A DNA stretch of 64,000 nt from an uncultured Actinomycetes bacterium (GCA_963714175.1 CAVQNN010000003.1:1029795-1093794); one strand, 5' to 3'; counted from the stretch's first letter, positions 29,700-39,916 are shown. Program-made: numbers and translations. The notes: generated by a model not told the origin, from the letters alone.

Positions 29700-30739
29700 G
29701 TGTCTGAACCGATCGACCTGCGCAGCGACACGGTCACCAAGCCGAGCGAGGCCATGCGCCGGGCCATGGCCGCGGCGCCCGTGGGAGACGACGTCTATCG
29801 CGAGGATCCCACGCATCAACCGGCTCCAGGAGATGGTGGCCGAGATGCTGGGCAAGGAAGCGGCCCTTTTCGTCCCCTCGGGGACGATGAGCAACCAGCT
29901 GTGCCTGCGCACGCTGACGCGCGTGGGCGACGAGGTGATCGTCCACGAGGACGCGCACGTGCTCCACTACGAGGGAGGTTCGGCGGCGGCCCTGTCGGGG
30001 CTGCAGCTCCGGCCGCTGCCGGGCGAGTTCGGCGTGATCACGGCCGAGGCGGTCGAAGCGGCCATCCGGCCGATGTCGGAGCACTTCGCCCGCACCGGGG
30101 CTGTGGAGATGGAGAACACCCACAACCGCTGCGGCGGGACCATCTGGCCTCTCGAGGAGATGGAGGCGGTGGCCGCGGTCGCCCGGTCGCACGGCATCGC
30201 GGTCCACCTCGACGGAGCCCGCCTCTGGAATGCGCACAAGGCCACCGGCGTATCTCTGAGTGCGTACGCCGCCACGGCCGACTCGGTCTCGGTGTGCTTC
30301 TCCAAGGGGCTGGGAGCGCCCGTGGGTTCGGCGCTGGCCGGGTCGCGGGAGTTCGTCGAGGAGGCGCGCAACAATCGCAAGCGTTACGGCGGAGCGATGA
30401 GACAGGCCGGCATCATCGCGGCAGGGGCGCTGTACGCCCTGGAGCACAACCTGGACCGTCTGCATGAGGACCACGAGAACGCTGCCGTGCTGGCCGGCTA
30501 TCTCCGAGAGGTGCCGGGACTGGAGATCGTCCACCCGGTGCAGACCAACATCATCGTCTTCGCCGTCGGCGGACTGGGGGTGTCGGCCGCGCAGGTGGTG
30601 AGCACGCTCAAGGACGAAGGGCGTCCTCTGCGGCAGAGCCGCGGTCGACCGCGTGCGTTTCGTCACCCATCTTGACGTGAGCTCCGAGGCTGTGAAAACG
30701 GCCGGTGAGATCTCGGCGAGGGTCCTATCTTCACTCTGA
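29700..30739 (+). CDS. ltaE: Low-specificity L-threonine aldolase, two +1 frameshifts as assembled
   Basis: [19 protein letters not shown]...[11 protein letters not shown] | [29 protein letters not shown]...[12 protein letters not shown](PLP Lys)... | [20 protein letters not shown]. Junctions near 29815 and 30625. Confidence 0.82.
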
Positions 30740-30838
30740 AGGGGAGGAACTGGCCGTCGGCGCACGTAGTATTTGGTATGCACTGGATATGCATCGGGCC
30801 GCCTCAGCGGCTGGGGACCCAAGGGAGACGGAGGACGG

Positions 30839-31393
30839 GTGAACCGGGAACAGGCGCTGGAGTTGGTGCGTGAAAGGGTCAAGAACGAGAACCTCGTCAA
30901 TCACATGATCGCCGCCGAGACCATCATGGGGGCCTTGTCGCGGCGTCTGGGCGGCGATGAGGAGCGGTGGCGGATGGCGGGGCTTCTTCACGACCTGGAC
31001 GTGGAGGAGACGGCCGAGATCATGGAGGTGCACGGCCTTCGCACGGTGGAGTGGCTGAGAGAGGCGGGCTTCGAAGACGAGGAGGTCCTGCAGGCCATCC
31101 TCGCCCACAACCCCAGCAACGGCTCGAGCATCCGTTCCGACATGGATCGTGCCCTTTTCGCCTGCGATTGTCTCACCGGCCTTGTGACGGCGGCGGCGCT
31201 CATCCGGCCCGAGAAGAAGCTCGATCTGGTGTCGCTGAAGAGTCTGAAGAAGCGCTTCAAGGAGCCCTCTTTCGCGAAAGGGGCGCGGCGAGAAGACATC
31301 GCGACCTGCTCGGAGCTGGGTCTGGAGCTGGAGGAGTTTCTTGCCATGGGTCTCGAAGCGATGCAGGAGGTGGCAGATGACCTCGGTCTTTGA
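30839..31393 (+). CDS. HD-domain (HDIG-type) metal-dependent phosphohydrolase
   Basis: LVNHMIAAE...AGLLHDLD motifs. GTG 30839 follows GGAGGACGG. The upstream part of ORF 30773..31393 is not needed. Confidence 0.7.
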   Translation: MNREQALELVRERVKNENLVNHMIAAETIMGALSRRLGGDEERWRMAGLLHDLDVEETAEIMEVHGLRTVEWLREAGFEDEEVLQAILAHNPSNGSSIRSDMDRALFACDCLTGLVTAAALIRPEKKLDLVSLKSLKKRFKEPSFAKGARREDIATCSELGLELEEFLAMGLEAMQEVADDLGL

Positions 31394-31688
31394 GTTCGGC
31401 GGCGGTCGACCAAACAGTGGAGACGAGGCCGGATCCGGCGAGAGCGGAACCGAGGCGGTGGGCCGCGAGGTGTGTCCCGCCCCCGTGCTACTGGTCAGCC
31501 TCTATGATCCTGTGGAGGCGGAGATCGTGGTGGCGAAACTGCGTAGCGCGGGCATCGACACCTTTGTCCAGCACGAGGCGCTGTCGGTGGTCTACGGGCT
31601 GACCGTGGACGGAGCCGGGCAGCAGGACATCTTCGTGCGTCCGGACGAGCTGGCGGAAGCTCGGGTCGCCTTGGAGCAGACGCCCTGA
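31377..31688 (+). CDS. DUF2007-like small protein (putative signal-transducing protein fold)
   Basis: LLVSLYDPVEAEIVVAKLRSAGIDTFVQHE...ELAEARVALE resembles DUF2007. Start uncertain (ATG 31377 overlaps the HD gene end). Confidence 0.5.
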   Translation: MTSVFEFGGGRPNSGDEAGSGESGTEAVGREVCPAPVLLVSLYDPVEAEIVVAKLRSAGIDTFVQHEALSVVYGLTVDGAGQQDIFVRPDELAEARVALEQTP

Positions 31689-31701
31689 GGGAGGGTTTGG
31701 G

Positions 31702-32625
31702 ATGATCTCGGTTCTTGGGGTGGATGTCGGAGGGACGAAGATCGCGGCCGGACCGGTCGATCGGGCCGGCAATCAGTTGGCGTCCCCGCTATTCAGTCCA
31801 AGCCACACGGCAGACACCAAGTCGTTCTTGGCCGGTCTGGAGGACTCGCTTCGCCAGGCGATGACGAGGTTCGCCAAATTCGCTCCAAAGGCCGTCGGAC
31901 TGGCCTGCGCGGGCACCGTCGACATGGCTCGGGGCGTAGTCGTGACTTCCCCCAATCTGCCCCTGACGGAGGTTCCGGTGGCGTCGCTGCTGCAGGCCGC
32001 GTTGGGAGTGCCGGTGGTGCTCGACAACGACGCCAACGCGGCCGTTCTGGGTGAGGCTGTCGCGGGCGCAGCCAGAGGCTTGCGAAACGTGGTGATGCTG
32101 GCCCTTGGCACGGGTGTCGGCGGCGGGCTGTTTCTGGACGGAAGGGTCTATCGCGGAGCATCCGGCGGGGCCGGCGAGCTCGGACACATCATCGTGCAGA
32201 AGGGTGGGCTACCGTGCCGCTGCGGCAGCCGCGGCTGTCTCGAGATGTACGCCTCAGGTCCGGCTCTGGCGAGGTATGCGAACGCCCAAACCGGGGAGGC
32301 GGTGGCCGAGCTTGCCCGCCGGGGAGACCCGGAGGCTCTCGAGGCTGTGCGGCAGTTGGCCGAGTGGCTGGGTGTGGGTCTGACGAGCATCGCCAACACG
32401 TTCGACCCCGACATGATCGTGGTGGGCGGGGGAGTGAGCGGACTGGGCGAACTCCTGCTCCATCCGGCTCGCGAGTACGTGCGGAAGGCCGCCATGCCCC
32501 CGGGAAGGGACCGCATCCGGGTCGTGTCGGCCACGCTGGGCAACAAGGCGGGCCTGGTCGGGGCCGCCCTGACCGCCTGGGAACTACTGGAGAGGGCCGA
32601 CCCTGCGACGTCGGCGCCGCGGTAG
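31702..32625 (+). CDS. ROK-family sugar kinase (glucokinase-like)
   Basis: VLGVDVGGTKIAAG, ALGTGVGGG and GELGHI..........CRCGSRGCLE (ROK zinc motif). Intact. Confidence 0.88.
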   Translation: MISVLGVDVGGTKIAAGPVDRAGNQLASPLFSPSHTADTKSFLAGLEDSLRQAMTRFAKFAPKAVGLACAGTVDMARGVVVTSPNLPLTEVPVASLLQAALGVPVVLDNDANAAVLGEAVAGAARGLRNVVMLALGTGVGGGLFLDGRVYRGASGGAGELGHIIVQKGGLPCRCGSRGCLEMYASGPALARYANAQTGEAVAELARRGDPEALEAVRQLAEWLGVGLTSIANTFDPDMIVVGGGVSGLGELLLHPAREYVRKAAMPPGRDRIRVVSATLGNKAGLVGAALTAWELLERADPATSAPR

Positions 32626-32645
32626 CCCCGGTCGGGAGGCCATCC

Positions 32646-33533
32646 ATGCTGTACCTCTGTCCCACTCCTATCGGCAACCTGCAGGACATCACTCTGCGCA
32701 CGTTGGAGGTGCTCGCGCGGGTTGAGTTGATCGCCTGCGAGGACACCCGGCGCACCCGGGTACTCCTGGATCGCCATGGGATAGCCGCCCGGCTGCTGAG
32801 CTTCCACGATCACAACGAACAGCAACGCATCCAGACGCTGTTGCCTCTGTTGCGCGAGGGCAAGGACGTGGCGGTGGTCACCGACGCCGGGATGCCCGGT
32901 CTCTCCGATCCTGGCTTCAGTCTCGTACGGGCCTGCGCTCTGGAGGATCTGGCTGTGACTGTTCTGCCCGGACCATCATCCATCTCCACGGCTCTTGTCC
33001 TGTCGGGTCTCCCAGCTGACCGCTTTGCCTTCGTCGGGTTTCTGGCCCGCAGCAAGGCGAAACTGATCGAGCAACTGGAGCGGTTCGAGGGGACGGGAGC
33101 GGCCCTGGTGGCCTTTGAGTCGCCTCGACGGATCCGTGCCTCCGTGGCCGCTGTGGCAGAACGATGGCCCGAACGTCCCCTGGCGGTATGCAGGGAACTG
33201 ACCAAGCTGCACGAGGAGGCTGTGCGCGGGACCGGGGCCGAGGTCCTGGAGCGTCTGTCCGATCCCGTGCGGGGCGAGATAGTCCTGGTGCTTGGGCCTG
33301 TCGGCAGCGTCTCAGCAAAGGGATCTGCGCTTGGGGCCGCCTCGCCTGCGCTTGCCGGCGACTCCGAGCAGCGCGCGCGGGTGGCACTGGCCGAGATGGT
33401 GCGCCTGGGTGTGGGGACCAAGAAGGCGGCCGGCATAGTGGCCGGTCTGACCGGCCTCTCCGCTCGTCGGGCGTATGAACTGGGGTTGGAGGCCAAGAAG
33501 ATCGAGGCCGAGAGTGGCGAAAGCCGGCCCTAG
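32646..33533 (+). CDS. rsmI: 16S rRNA (cytidine1402-2'-O)-methyltransferase
   Basis: MLYLCPTPIGNLQDITLRTLEVL..IACEDTR, VTDAGMPGLSDPG and CRELTKLHEE. ATG 32646 lies inside ORF 32214..33533. Intact. Confidence 0.9.
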   Translation: MLYLCPTPIGNLQDITLRTLEVLARVELIACEDTRRTRVLLDRHGIAARLLSFHDHNEQQRIQTLLPLLREGKDVAVVTDAGMPGLSDPGFSLVRACALEDLAVTVLPGPSSISTALVLSGLPADRFAFVGFLARSKAKLIEQLERFEGTGAALVAFESPRRIRASVAAVAERWPERPLAVCRELTKLHEEAVRGTGAEVLERLSDPVRGEIVLVLGPVGSVSAKGSALGAASPALAGDSEQRARVALAEMVRLGVGTKKAAGIVAGLTGLSARRAYELGLEAKKIEAESGESRP

Positions 33534-34560
33534 CAGTCTCCCAAGGCCGGCTTTCGCGCGACTGGTTGTCGTTCGGGCCCATCGGGGCCGGCTGGGGTTC
33601 CGCCCAGGCCGGCTCGGGGAGCCGCTCGTCTCTCCTTATCCGGCCATCAGACCTGGAGGTTGTAGAGGAGCTGGGCGCATTCACCGCGGGTGGAGCCGGC
33701 GAAGAAGTTGTAGGAAGGTCCGACACCCAGGAGTCCATCGAGCAGCCCGGCATAAGCGGCCTTGCGGGCGTTCAGGTAGTGCTCGTTGGGTGAGAACTGA
33801 GTGGCCGTGAAGGTCGGAGCGTAGGCGGCCGGGGGCTCGGACAGGTTGGCCGCCCGGGCGATCATAGTGATGAGCTGCTGGTGGGTGATGTTGGCGTAGG
33901 GCGAGAAGGTGGTCGCCGTCGTTCCCTGGGTGATGTCGTTGAGGGCGCACACGGCCACGTACTTGGAGGGATAGAAGGGGTCGGTCCCTATCTGGGCGAC
34001 CACATCGGTGAAGGGATTCACCTCTGCTCCGGTCACCGGGAGCTGCAGGGTGAGCACGATCATCTTGGCGAACTGCTGGCGGGTCACCATGTCGTTGGGT
34101 CGGAAGGTGCCGTCATCGAAGCCGGTGATGATACCGTCGCTCGCCAACTCGACTATCGCGCCGTAGTACGGTGTCACCCCGGGGATGACGTCGCTGAAAG
34201 CGCTGGCCGGAGCCGCGGTGTTGAAGCTCCAAACCACTGGTGCACCGGCGACGCTCAGGCCGCCGGCGTTGCGCACGCCGGTCGATACGGTGACCTGGTA
34301 GGCCGAGCCGGCCTCCAGATCGGCCGAGGGATCGATGGTCGCCGTCCGGGTGGCCGCGTTGTAGGTCACCGTGGCCGGCAGCGGGCTACCTCCCGCCTTC
34401 TGGACATAGAAGTTGGCAGAGGTGATGGTGGCGGCATCCATGTCCTGGTCGAAGGTGGCCGACACCGACTGGCCGACCGGGACGTTCGTGGCTCCGCTGG
34501 CCGGGACCTTGGTGGTCAGCGCCGGCGCGCCGGCGATGGTGGTGAAGCTCCAGACGACCG
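33502..34560. repeat. Tandem segmental duplication, copy A (rsmI 3' tail + terminator + 3' half of S-layer gene)
   Basis: Aligns with 35833-36900 (offset 2331). I counted about 15 differences in the first 400 nt by manual alignment, with more divergence further in. Confidence 0.85.
33520..33554. terminator. Putative bidirectional hairpin terminator between rsmI and S-layer gene 1
   Basis: AAAGCCGGCC...GGCCGGCTTT stem spanning the rsmI stop. Short T runs on both strands. The whole element is duplicated at 35851-35885. Confidence 0.4.
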
Positions 34561-35632
34561 GGGCGCCGGCAAGGTTCTCGCCATTCTGGCCTTTGATCGC
34601 GGGCAGCAGCGATGCCTGGTAGGTGGTGCCACCTTCCAGGTCTGCGGAAGGATCAAGGGTCGCGATGAGGGTGCCGCCGCTGTAGGTGATCGAGGCCGCC
34701 AGGGGCGACCCAGTGCCGTTCTTCTTCAGGACAAAAGTGCTCGGAGTGATCGTGGACGCATCCATGACCTGGTCAAAGGTGACCGTCACCACCTGGCCTA
34801 CCGGGACGCCGACGGCCCCATTCGCCGGGGTCTTCGAGGTCACCTGAGGCGGCACCGCGCCGGTTGTGAAGCTCCAGATGATCGGCGCGCCTGACACTGA
34901 AAGACCGTTCTCACCTTTGACAGCAGTGGTCAAGACCACCTGGTAGATCGTCTGATCCTCCAGATCCTGGCCGAACGTAAGGGTGACCTTGCGTGTCGCT
35001 GCGTTGTAGACGACCGTGGCCCCTACCGCCGTGTCCGTGCCGTTCTTCTTGACGAAAAAGGTGCCGGTGTTGATGGTGGTCTTTTCCATGTCCTTGCTGA
35101 AGGTGATGGTCACCGTCGTGTCAACGGGCACACCGGTAGCTCCGGTCGCGGGGGTGCGCGAGGTCACCGCGGGAGGGGTGTCGGTAGTGAACGACCACTT
35201 CACCGGGGCATTCTTGAGCGGCTTGTCGATGATACTCGTGATGGCGCCCGTGAGGGTGGCAACGTAGGTGGTCCCAGGCTCCAGGTCGACCGTCGGATTA
35301 AGGGTGGCCTTGTTGGTAACGGAGTTGTAGGAGACGCTCGCCGAGACCTCATCGACTCCGTTCTTCTTGAGAATGAAGCTGTACTCGTCGATGGTGTCGC
35401 CGTCTGCCTTCTGAGTGAATCCCACGGAGACATTGGTGTCCACCGGGACCTCGGTTGCCTTGTTGGCCGGCGAGAAGTTCTTCGCGGTGAAGGTGGATAG
35501 TGTGCTGGACGTAGTGGCGGCCGCGGCCTCGTTGGTGGACGCCTGTTGAACTCCCGTCAGCAGGAATACCGCCCCGACCAACAGGAGCAGGACGACTAGG
35601 GGCACTCCGTTCTTGGGCTTTCTCAAAGACAT
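33647..35632 (-). CDS. S-layer-type surface protein: signal peptide, 4 Ig-like (SbsA_Ig/Big_5-type) repeats, 3 C-terminal SLH domains
   Basis: 661 aa, intact. Roughly 100-aa units repeat, each ending in ...W(S/A)F(T/N)T. The SLH region is FSDVIPGVTPYYGAIVELASDGIITGFDDGTFRPNDMVTRQQFAKMIV... and two further SLH-like segments. Confidence 0.88.
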   Translation of the reverse strand: MSLRKPKNGVPLVVLLLLVGAVFLLTGVQQASTNEAAAATTSSTLSTFTAKNFSPANKATEVPVDTNVSVGFTQKADGDTIDEYSFILKKNGVDEVSASVSYNSVTNKATLNPTVDLEPGTTYVATLTGAITSIIDKPLKNAPVKWSFTTDTPPAVTSRTPATGATGVPVDTTVTITFSKDMEKTTINTGTFFVKKNGTDTAVGATVVYNAATRKVTLTFGQDLEDQTIYQVVLTTAVKGENGLSVSGAPIIWSFTTGAVPPQVTSKTPANGAVGVPVGQVVTVTFDQVMDASTITPSTFVLKKNGTGSPLAASITYSGGTLIATLDPSADLEGGTTYQASLLPAIKGQNGENLAGAPVVWSFTTIAGAPALTTKVPASGATNVPVGQSVSATFDQDMDAATITSANFYVQKAGGSPLPATVTYNAATRTATIDPSADLEAGSAYQVTVSTGVRNAGGLSVAGAPVVWSFNTAAPASAFSDVIPGVTPYYGAIVELASDGIITGFDDGTFRPNDMVTRQQFAKMIVLTLQLPVTGAEVNPFTDVVAQIGTDPFYPSKYVAVCALNDITQGTTATTFSPYANITHQQLITMIARAANLSEPPAAYAPTFTATQFSPNEHYLNARKAAYAGLLDGLLGVGPSYNFFAGSTRGECAQLLYNLQV

Positions 35633-35778
35633 GATCCCTCCCTCTCACGCGCTCATTGTCTATGTCTGGGCAGGTCACCGAACGTGAGGAGTAGCCCGGG
35701 CGTTCTACATGCCCTGGCTGTCCTTCGAGGCCTTGCCGAACCGCTGGATGGAGGAACCGCACGTCCCTCTCGCAAATC

Positions 35779-35806
35779 AGTATAGGCCGCGCACGCCTCG
35801 TTTCAA
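35779..35806 (-). promoter_or_regulatory. Sigma70-like promoter of S-layer gene 1 (TTGAAA-16-TATACT) giving a 5' UTR of about 140 nt
   Basis: Minus strand: tTTGAAAcgaggcgtgcgcggccTATACT. The same architecture sits upstream of copy 2. Confidence 0.6.
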
Positions 35807-35832
35807 ACATCGCGTGTACCTGTGGCCTCAGC

Positions 35833-36900
35833 TCGAGGCCGAGAGTGGCGAAAGCCGGCCCTAGCAGTCTCCTAGGGCCGGCTTTCGCGCCACTGGTTCT
35901 CGTTCGGGCCCATCGGGGCCGGCTGGGGTTCCGCCCAGGCCGGCCCGGGGAGCCGCTCGTCTTTTCCTATGCGGCCATCAGCACCTGGAGGTTGTAGAGG
36001 AGCTGGGCGCATTCACCGCGGGTGGAGCCGGCGAAGAAGTTGTAGGAAGGTCCGACACCCAGAAGTCCATCGAGCAGCCCGGCATAAGCGGCCTTGCGGG
36101 CGTTCAGGTAGTGCTCGTTGGGCGAGAACTGAGCGGCCGTGAAGGTCGGAGCGTAGGCGGCCGGGGGCTCGGACAGGTTGGCCGCCCGCGCGATCATGGT
36201 GATGAGCTGCTGGTGGGTGATGTTGGCGTAGGGAGCGAAGGTGGTCGGCGTCGATGCCCTGGGTGATGTCCCTGGGCCGCGCAGACGGCCACGTACTTGG
36301 AGGGATAGAAGGGGTCGGTCCCTATCTGGGCGACCACATCGGTGAAGGGACAGACCTCTGCTCCGGTCACCGGCAGCTGCAGGGTGAGCACGATCATCTT
36401 GGCGAACTGCTGGCGGGTCACCATGTCGTTGGGTCGGAAGGTGCCATCCGGGAAGCCGGTGATGATGCCGTCGCTCGCCAACTCGACTATCGCGGCCGTA
36501 GTAGGGGGTGACCCCCGGGATGACGTCGCTGAAGGCGCTGGTCCCGCCTGCGGTGTTGAAGCTCCAGACCACCGGCGCACCGGCGAGAGTCTGGCCGTTC
36601 GCGCCTTCCACAGCCGTCGGACAAGGTGACCTCATAGCCCGCGCCGGTTTCCAGAGCGGCCATGGGTGTCAGGGTCGCGGTGTCGGTCGCGGCGCTGTAT
36701 GCGACCGTGGCCGGCAGCGGGCTGCCCCCCGACTTCTTGATGTAGAAGGTGGCAGAGGTGATGGTGGCATGCATCCATGTCCTGGTCGAAGGTGGCCGAC
36801 ACCACCTGGCCGACCGGGACGTTCGTGGCTCCGCCGGCGGGGACCTTGGTGGTCACCTGAGGGGCCTCACCGCTGGTGGTGAAGCTCCAGACCACAGCCG
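35833..36900. repeat. Tandem segmental duplication, copy B (includes a 32-nt copy of the rsmI 3' end and its terminator)
   Basis: tcgaggccgagagtggcgaaagccggccctag at 35833-35864 duplicates rsmI codons ...AESGESRP*. The hairpin is repeated at 35851-35885. Confidence 0.85.
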
Positions 36901-37981
36901 AGGCCAGGGGCGTGCCGTTCTCACCCTCCACGGCCGTGGTGAGAGTCACCTCGTAGCTGAGCCCGCCCTCGAGGTCAGCCAGCGGATCCAGGGTCGCCGT
37001 CCGGGTGGCGGCGTTGTAGGACACGGTGGCCGGCAGCGGGCTCCCTCCGGACTTCTTGATATAGAAGGTGGCGCTGGTGATGGTCGACTCGGCCATGTCC
37101 TGGTCGAAGGTGGCCGACACCACCTGCGCCGAGGGGCACATTGGTGGCTCCATGAGCGGGAGTCTTGGCGGTCACCTGAGGTGCATCGGCTCCCGTCGTG
37201 AAGGCCCATACGATCGGGGCCCCCTCCACACTCAGGCCGTTCTCGCCCTCGACCGCGTTTGTGAGGGTGACTGTGTAGGTCTCGCCCTCATCCAGATCGT
37301 CCAGGGGGTTCAGGGTAGCCGTGCGTTTGCTGACGCTGAGCGCCAGGGTGGCCGCAACAGGATCATCATCGGAATCCCGCAAGTAGAACGAGGCGGAGCC
37401 TATGGAGCCCAGGTCCATGTTCTTGTCGAACGTGATAGAGATGGTCTGGTTGACCGGGACATCGTCAGCTCCGGGCGTCGGTGTCCGGCTCAGCACCTCG
37501 GGCGGCGAAATGGTGGTGAACTCCCAGGTCTTGGGGTTGATCAGAGCTAGGCCCCCGGTGCTCTCGATCCCCGTCGGTGATGGTCACCTCGTACGTGGCG
37601 CCTGGCTGGAGATCAGCGCTCGGATTCAGCGTCGCTCTGTGCGTCAGCGAGTTGTAGCTCCGGGTCGCCGTCAGATACCCGAGCATCCCCTCTTTCCTGA
37701 TCTTGAAGGTCGAGGCGGTCAGGGTGTCGCTGTCGACGTCTCGGTTGAAATCGACGGTCACGCTCTTGTTGAGCGGGACTTCGATGTCCCCATCGGCCGG
37801 CGAAACGGCGTCGGCATGCAGAACAGGCTCCTGGGTTATCGGGGACGCTCCAAGGGGGGACGGTTGCGGCGGTGGCCTTGTCAACGGAGCCTTGATAGAC
37901 TCCGACCACCGCGAATGTGAACGCCGCCAACAGGAGCAGGACGATCAACGGGGTGGTGCGGCGCATCTTCTTCTTGGCCAT
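35967..37981 (-). pseudogene. Second SLH S-layer paralog, disrupted by 9 single-base insertions (as assembled)
   Basis: The signal peptide MAKKKMRRTTPLIVLLLLAAFTFAVVG, 4 Ig-like repeats and the SLH domains are spread over ORFs 37613..37981, 37465..37884, 36975..37496, 36632..37153, 36487..36774, 36194..36580 and 35967..36635. The frame class steps by -1 each time. Alignment to copy 1 shows surplus bases near 36493, 36275, 36246 and 35980; the last of these destroys the ancestral stop. Confidence 0.8.
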
Positions 37982-38124
37982 GATCCCTCCCTTTCATGCG
38001 TGATCTGCCTGTGACCAGGTGAGCGCACTCTGAGGAGACGCCGCTCGGAGATTGTCGCGAGTCGGCCCCCAGAGGCCTCGCCGAGCTGTTGAACCGGGAA
38101 GCCATGTGCTCCCCGCATAGCTCA

Positions 38125-38152
38125 AGTATAGGCTCGACACACCTTGAGTCAA
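38125..38152 (-). promoter_or_regulatory. Sigma70-like promoter of S-layer paralog 2 (TTGACT-16-TATACT)
   Basis: Minus strand: aTTGACTcaaggtgtgtcgagccTATACT. This gives a leader of about 137 nt ending in the conserved GGGAGGGATC-ATG. Confidence 0.6.
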
Positions 38153-38261
38153 TTGCGGAGACAGGGGAGCGTAGCGCCGCGCGGCGGTTCGGCGGACGAC
38201 TCACGACCGCCCGTGACCGCGGCGCGGCCGGCGAACGATCAGCCTGCCGTTGTCTGCGAGT

Positions 38262-39784
38262 CTAGCGGGCGAGCCAGGCGGCGAGGGCCTGCTCCAGCGA
38301 CTGGCGGTCGCCTTGAACCCGATCGGTGAAGCGCACCGGCCGGGAGCGCATGGCCTTGACGGCCGCCGGCACGGGGTTGCCCGGAGCCAGACGCTCCACT
38401 TCATCCAGTAGCTGGAATTCGTCCTCGGGCAGGGGGTGGTCGGCGGAGAACCCGCTCAGCCCTCGCATCACGTCCGCGGGGAACTTGGCCCAGTGGGCCG
38501 GGCAGACGACAAGCATGGGTAGGTCGCGAGCGAGTCTGTCGGCCACCTCCCAGGCGACGGCGGTGTGGGGGTCGATCAGGTAGTCATGCTCCCTGTAGAC
38601 TCTCCCGATGGTCGCGAGGCAGGTCTCGTTGTCCACCCAGTCGCCCACGAGGTCTCTGCGCAGCCGGGCGAACGTGAAGTCGTCGAGCTCGAAGCGGCCG
38701 GAGGTCTTCAGGTCTTCCATCCAACCACGGACCCGCTCGCCGCCCTCACCCGCCTCGTAGAGCAGCCGCTCGAGGTTCGAGGAGACGAGGATGTCCATGG
38801 ATGGTGACGCCGTCTTGACCAGGCCGCGGTCCGAGATGTCGTACTTGCCGGTCGCCAGGAAGTCGGCCAAGACGTTGTTGGCGTTGGCCGCGCAGAGCAG
38901 GCGGTCGATGGGAGTGCCCATGCGCTTCGCGTAGTGGGCGGCCAGGATGTTGCCGAAATTGCCCGTGGGCACGCACACGTCCATGGGCTGGCCGAGTTCG
39001 CAGTGCCCGCGGGCGACCAGATCGGCGTACGCGCTGATGTAGTAGACGATCTGGGGCATGAGCCGGCCCCAATTGATCGAGTTGGCTGAGGACAGTCTGC
39101 AGGCCGTAGTCGCGCGCGAGTTCGTCGGCGAAGGCGTCGTCTCCGAAGACCGCCTTGACCGCGGTCTGACAGTCGTCGAAGTCGCCCTCGACCGCGAACA
39201 CGGTCAGGTTGTCCCCGGGCTGGGTGATCATCTGGCGCTGCTGGATGGGCGAGACCCCACCGCCGGGATAGCACACGGCTATCTTGGTGTGCGCGCGGTC
39301 CGCGAACCCCGACAGCGCAGCCACGCCGGTGTCGCCCGAGGTGGCCACCAGGATGAGGAAGTCGCAGTCGCTGCCGCGCTGCGCCCGCGCCAACTCCAGG
39401 GCCTCCGAGAAGAAGAGGGGCATGCACTGGAGGGCCATGTCCTTGAAGGCCAGCGTCGGCCCGTGCCACAGTTCCAGCGCGAAGCGGTTCTCACCCACGG
39501 CGCGAACGGGCGCGATCTCGGGATGATCGAAGTTGTTGCCATAGGCCTGCCGGGCGACCGCCTCGATCCGCGTCGTCGGACAGGTCGAGTTCGAACCGGC
39601 GGAAGACGTCGGCTGCCCGCTGCCAGTAGGGCATGCCGGCCAGCGCCCGGATGTCGTCCAGGGTCAGGTCCGGCAACCGCTCGGGGACGAAGAGCCCACC
39701 TCCCGGAGCGATGCCTTGAAGGATGGCCTCTGAGTACGGTGCCGGCTTGTCGAGGAGTGATCTGGTGTCGATGTAGCTGATCAC
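38262..39784 (-). CDS. thrC: Threonine synthase (long type), two +1 frameshifts as assembled
   Basis: YIDTRS...GGLFVPE..., LELWHGPTLAFKDMALQ (PLP Lys), VATSGDTG, NSINWGRLMPQIVYY and VPTGNFGNILA. Junctions near 39571 and 39085. Start GTG 39784. Confidence 0.88.
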
Positions 39785-39916
39785 GACAGTCGTCCATTGC
39801 TCGTTTCTTGTCGCCAGACAGACTAGTGGTTCGCGGGCGATGTGACAACCGAGGGGCCGCTCATCTCGCGGTGACTCTCCCAAGGGCCCACTCCCTGCCG
39901 CCGGCATGCCCGGTGC

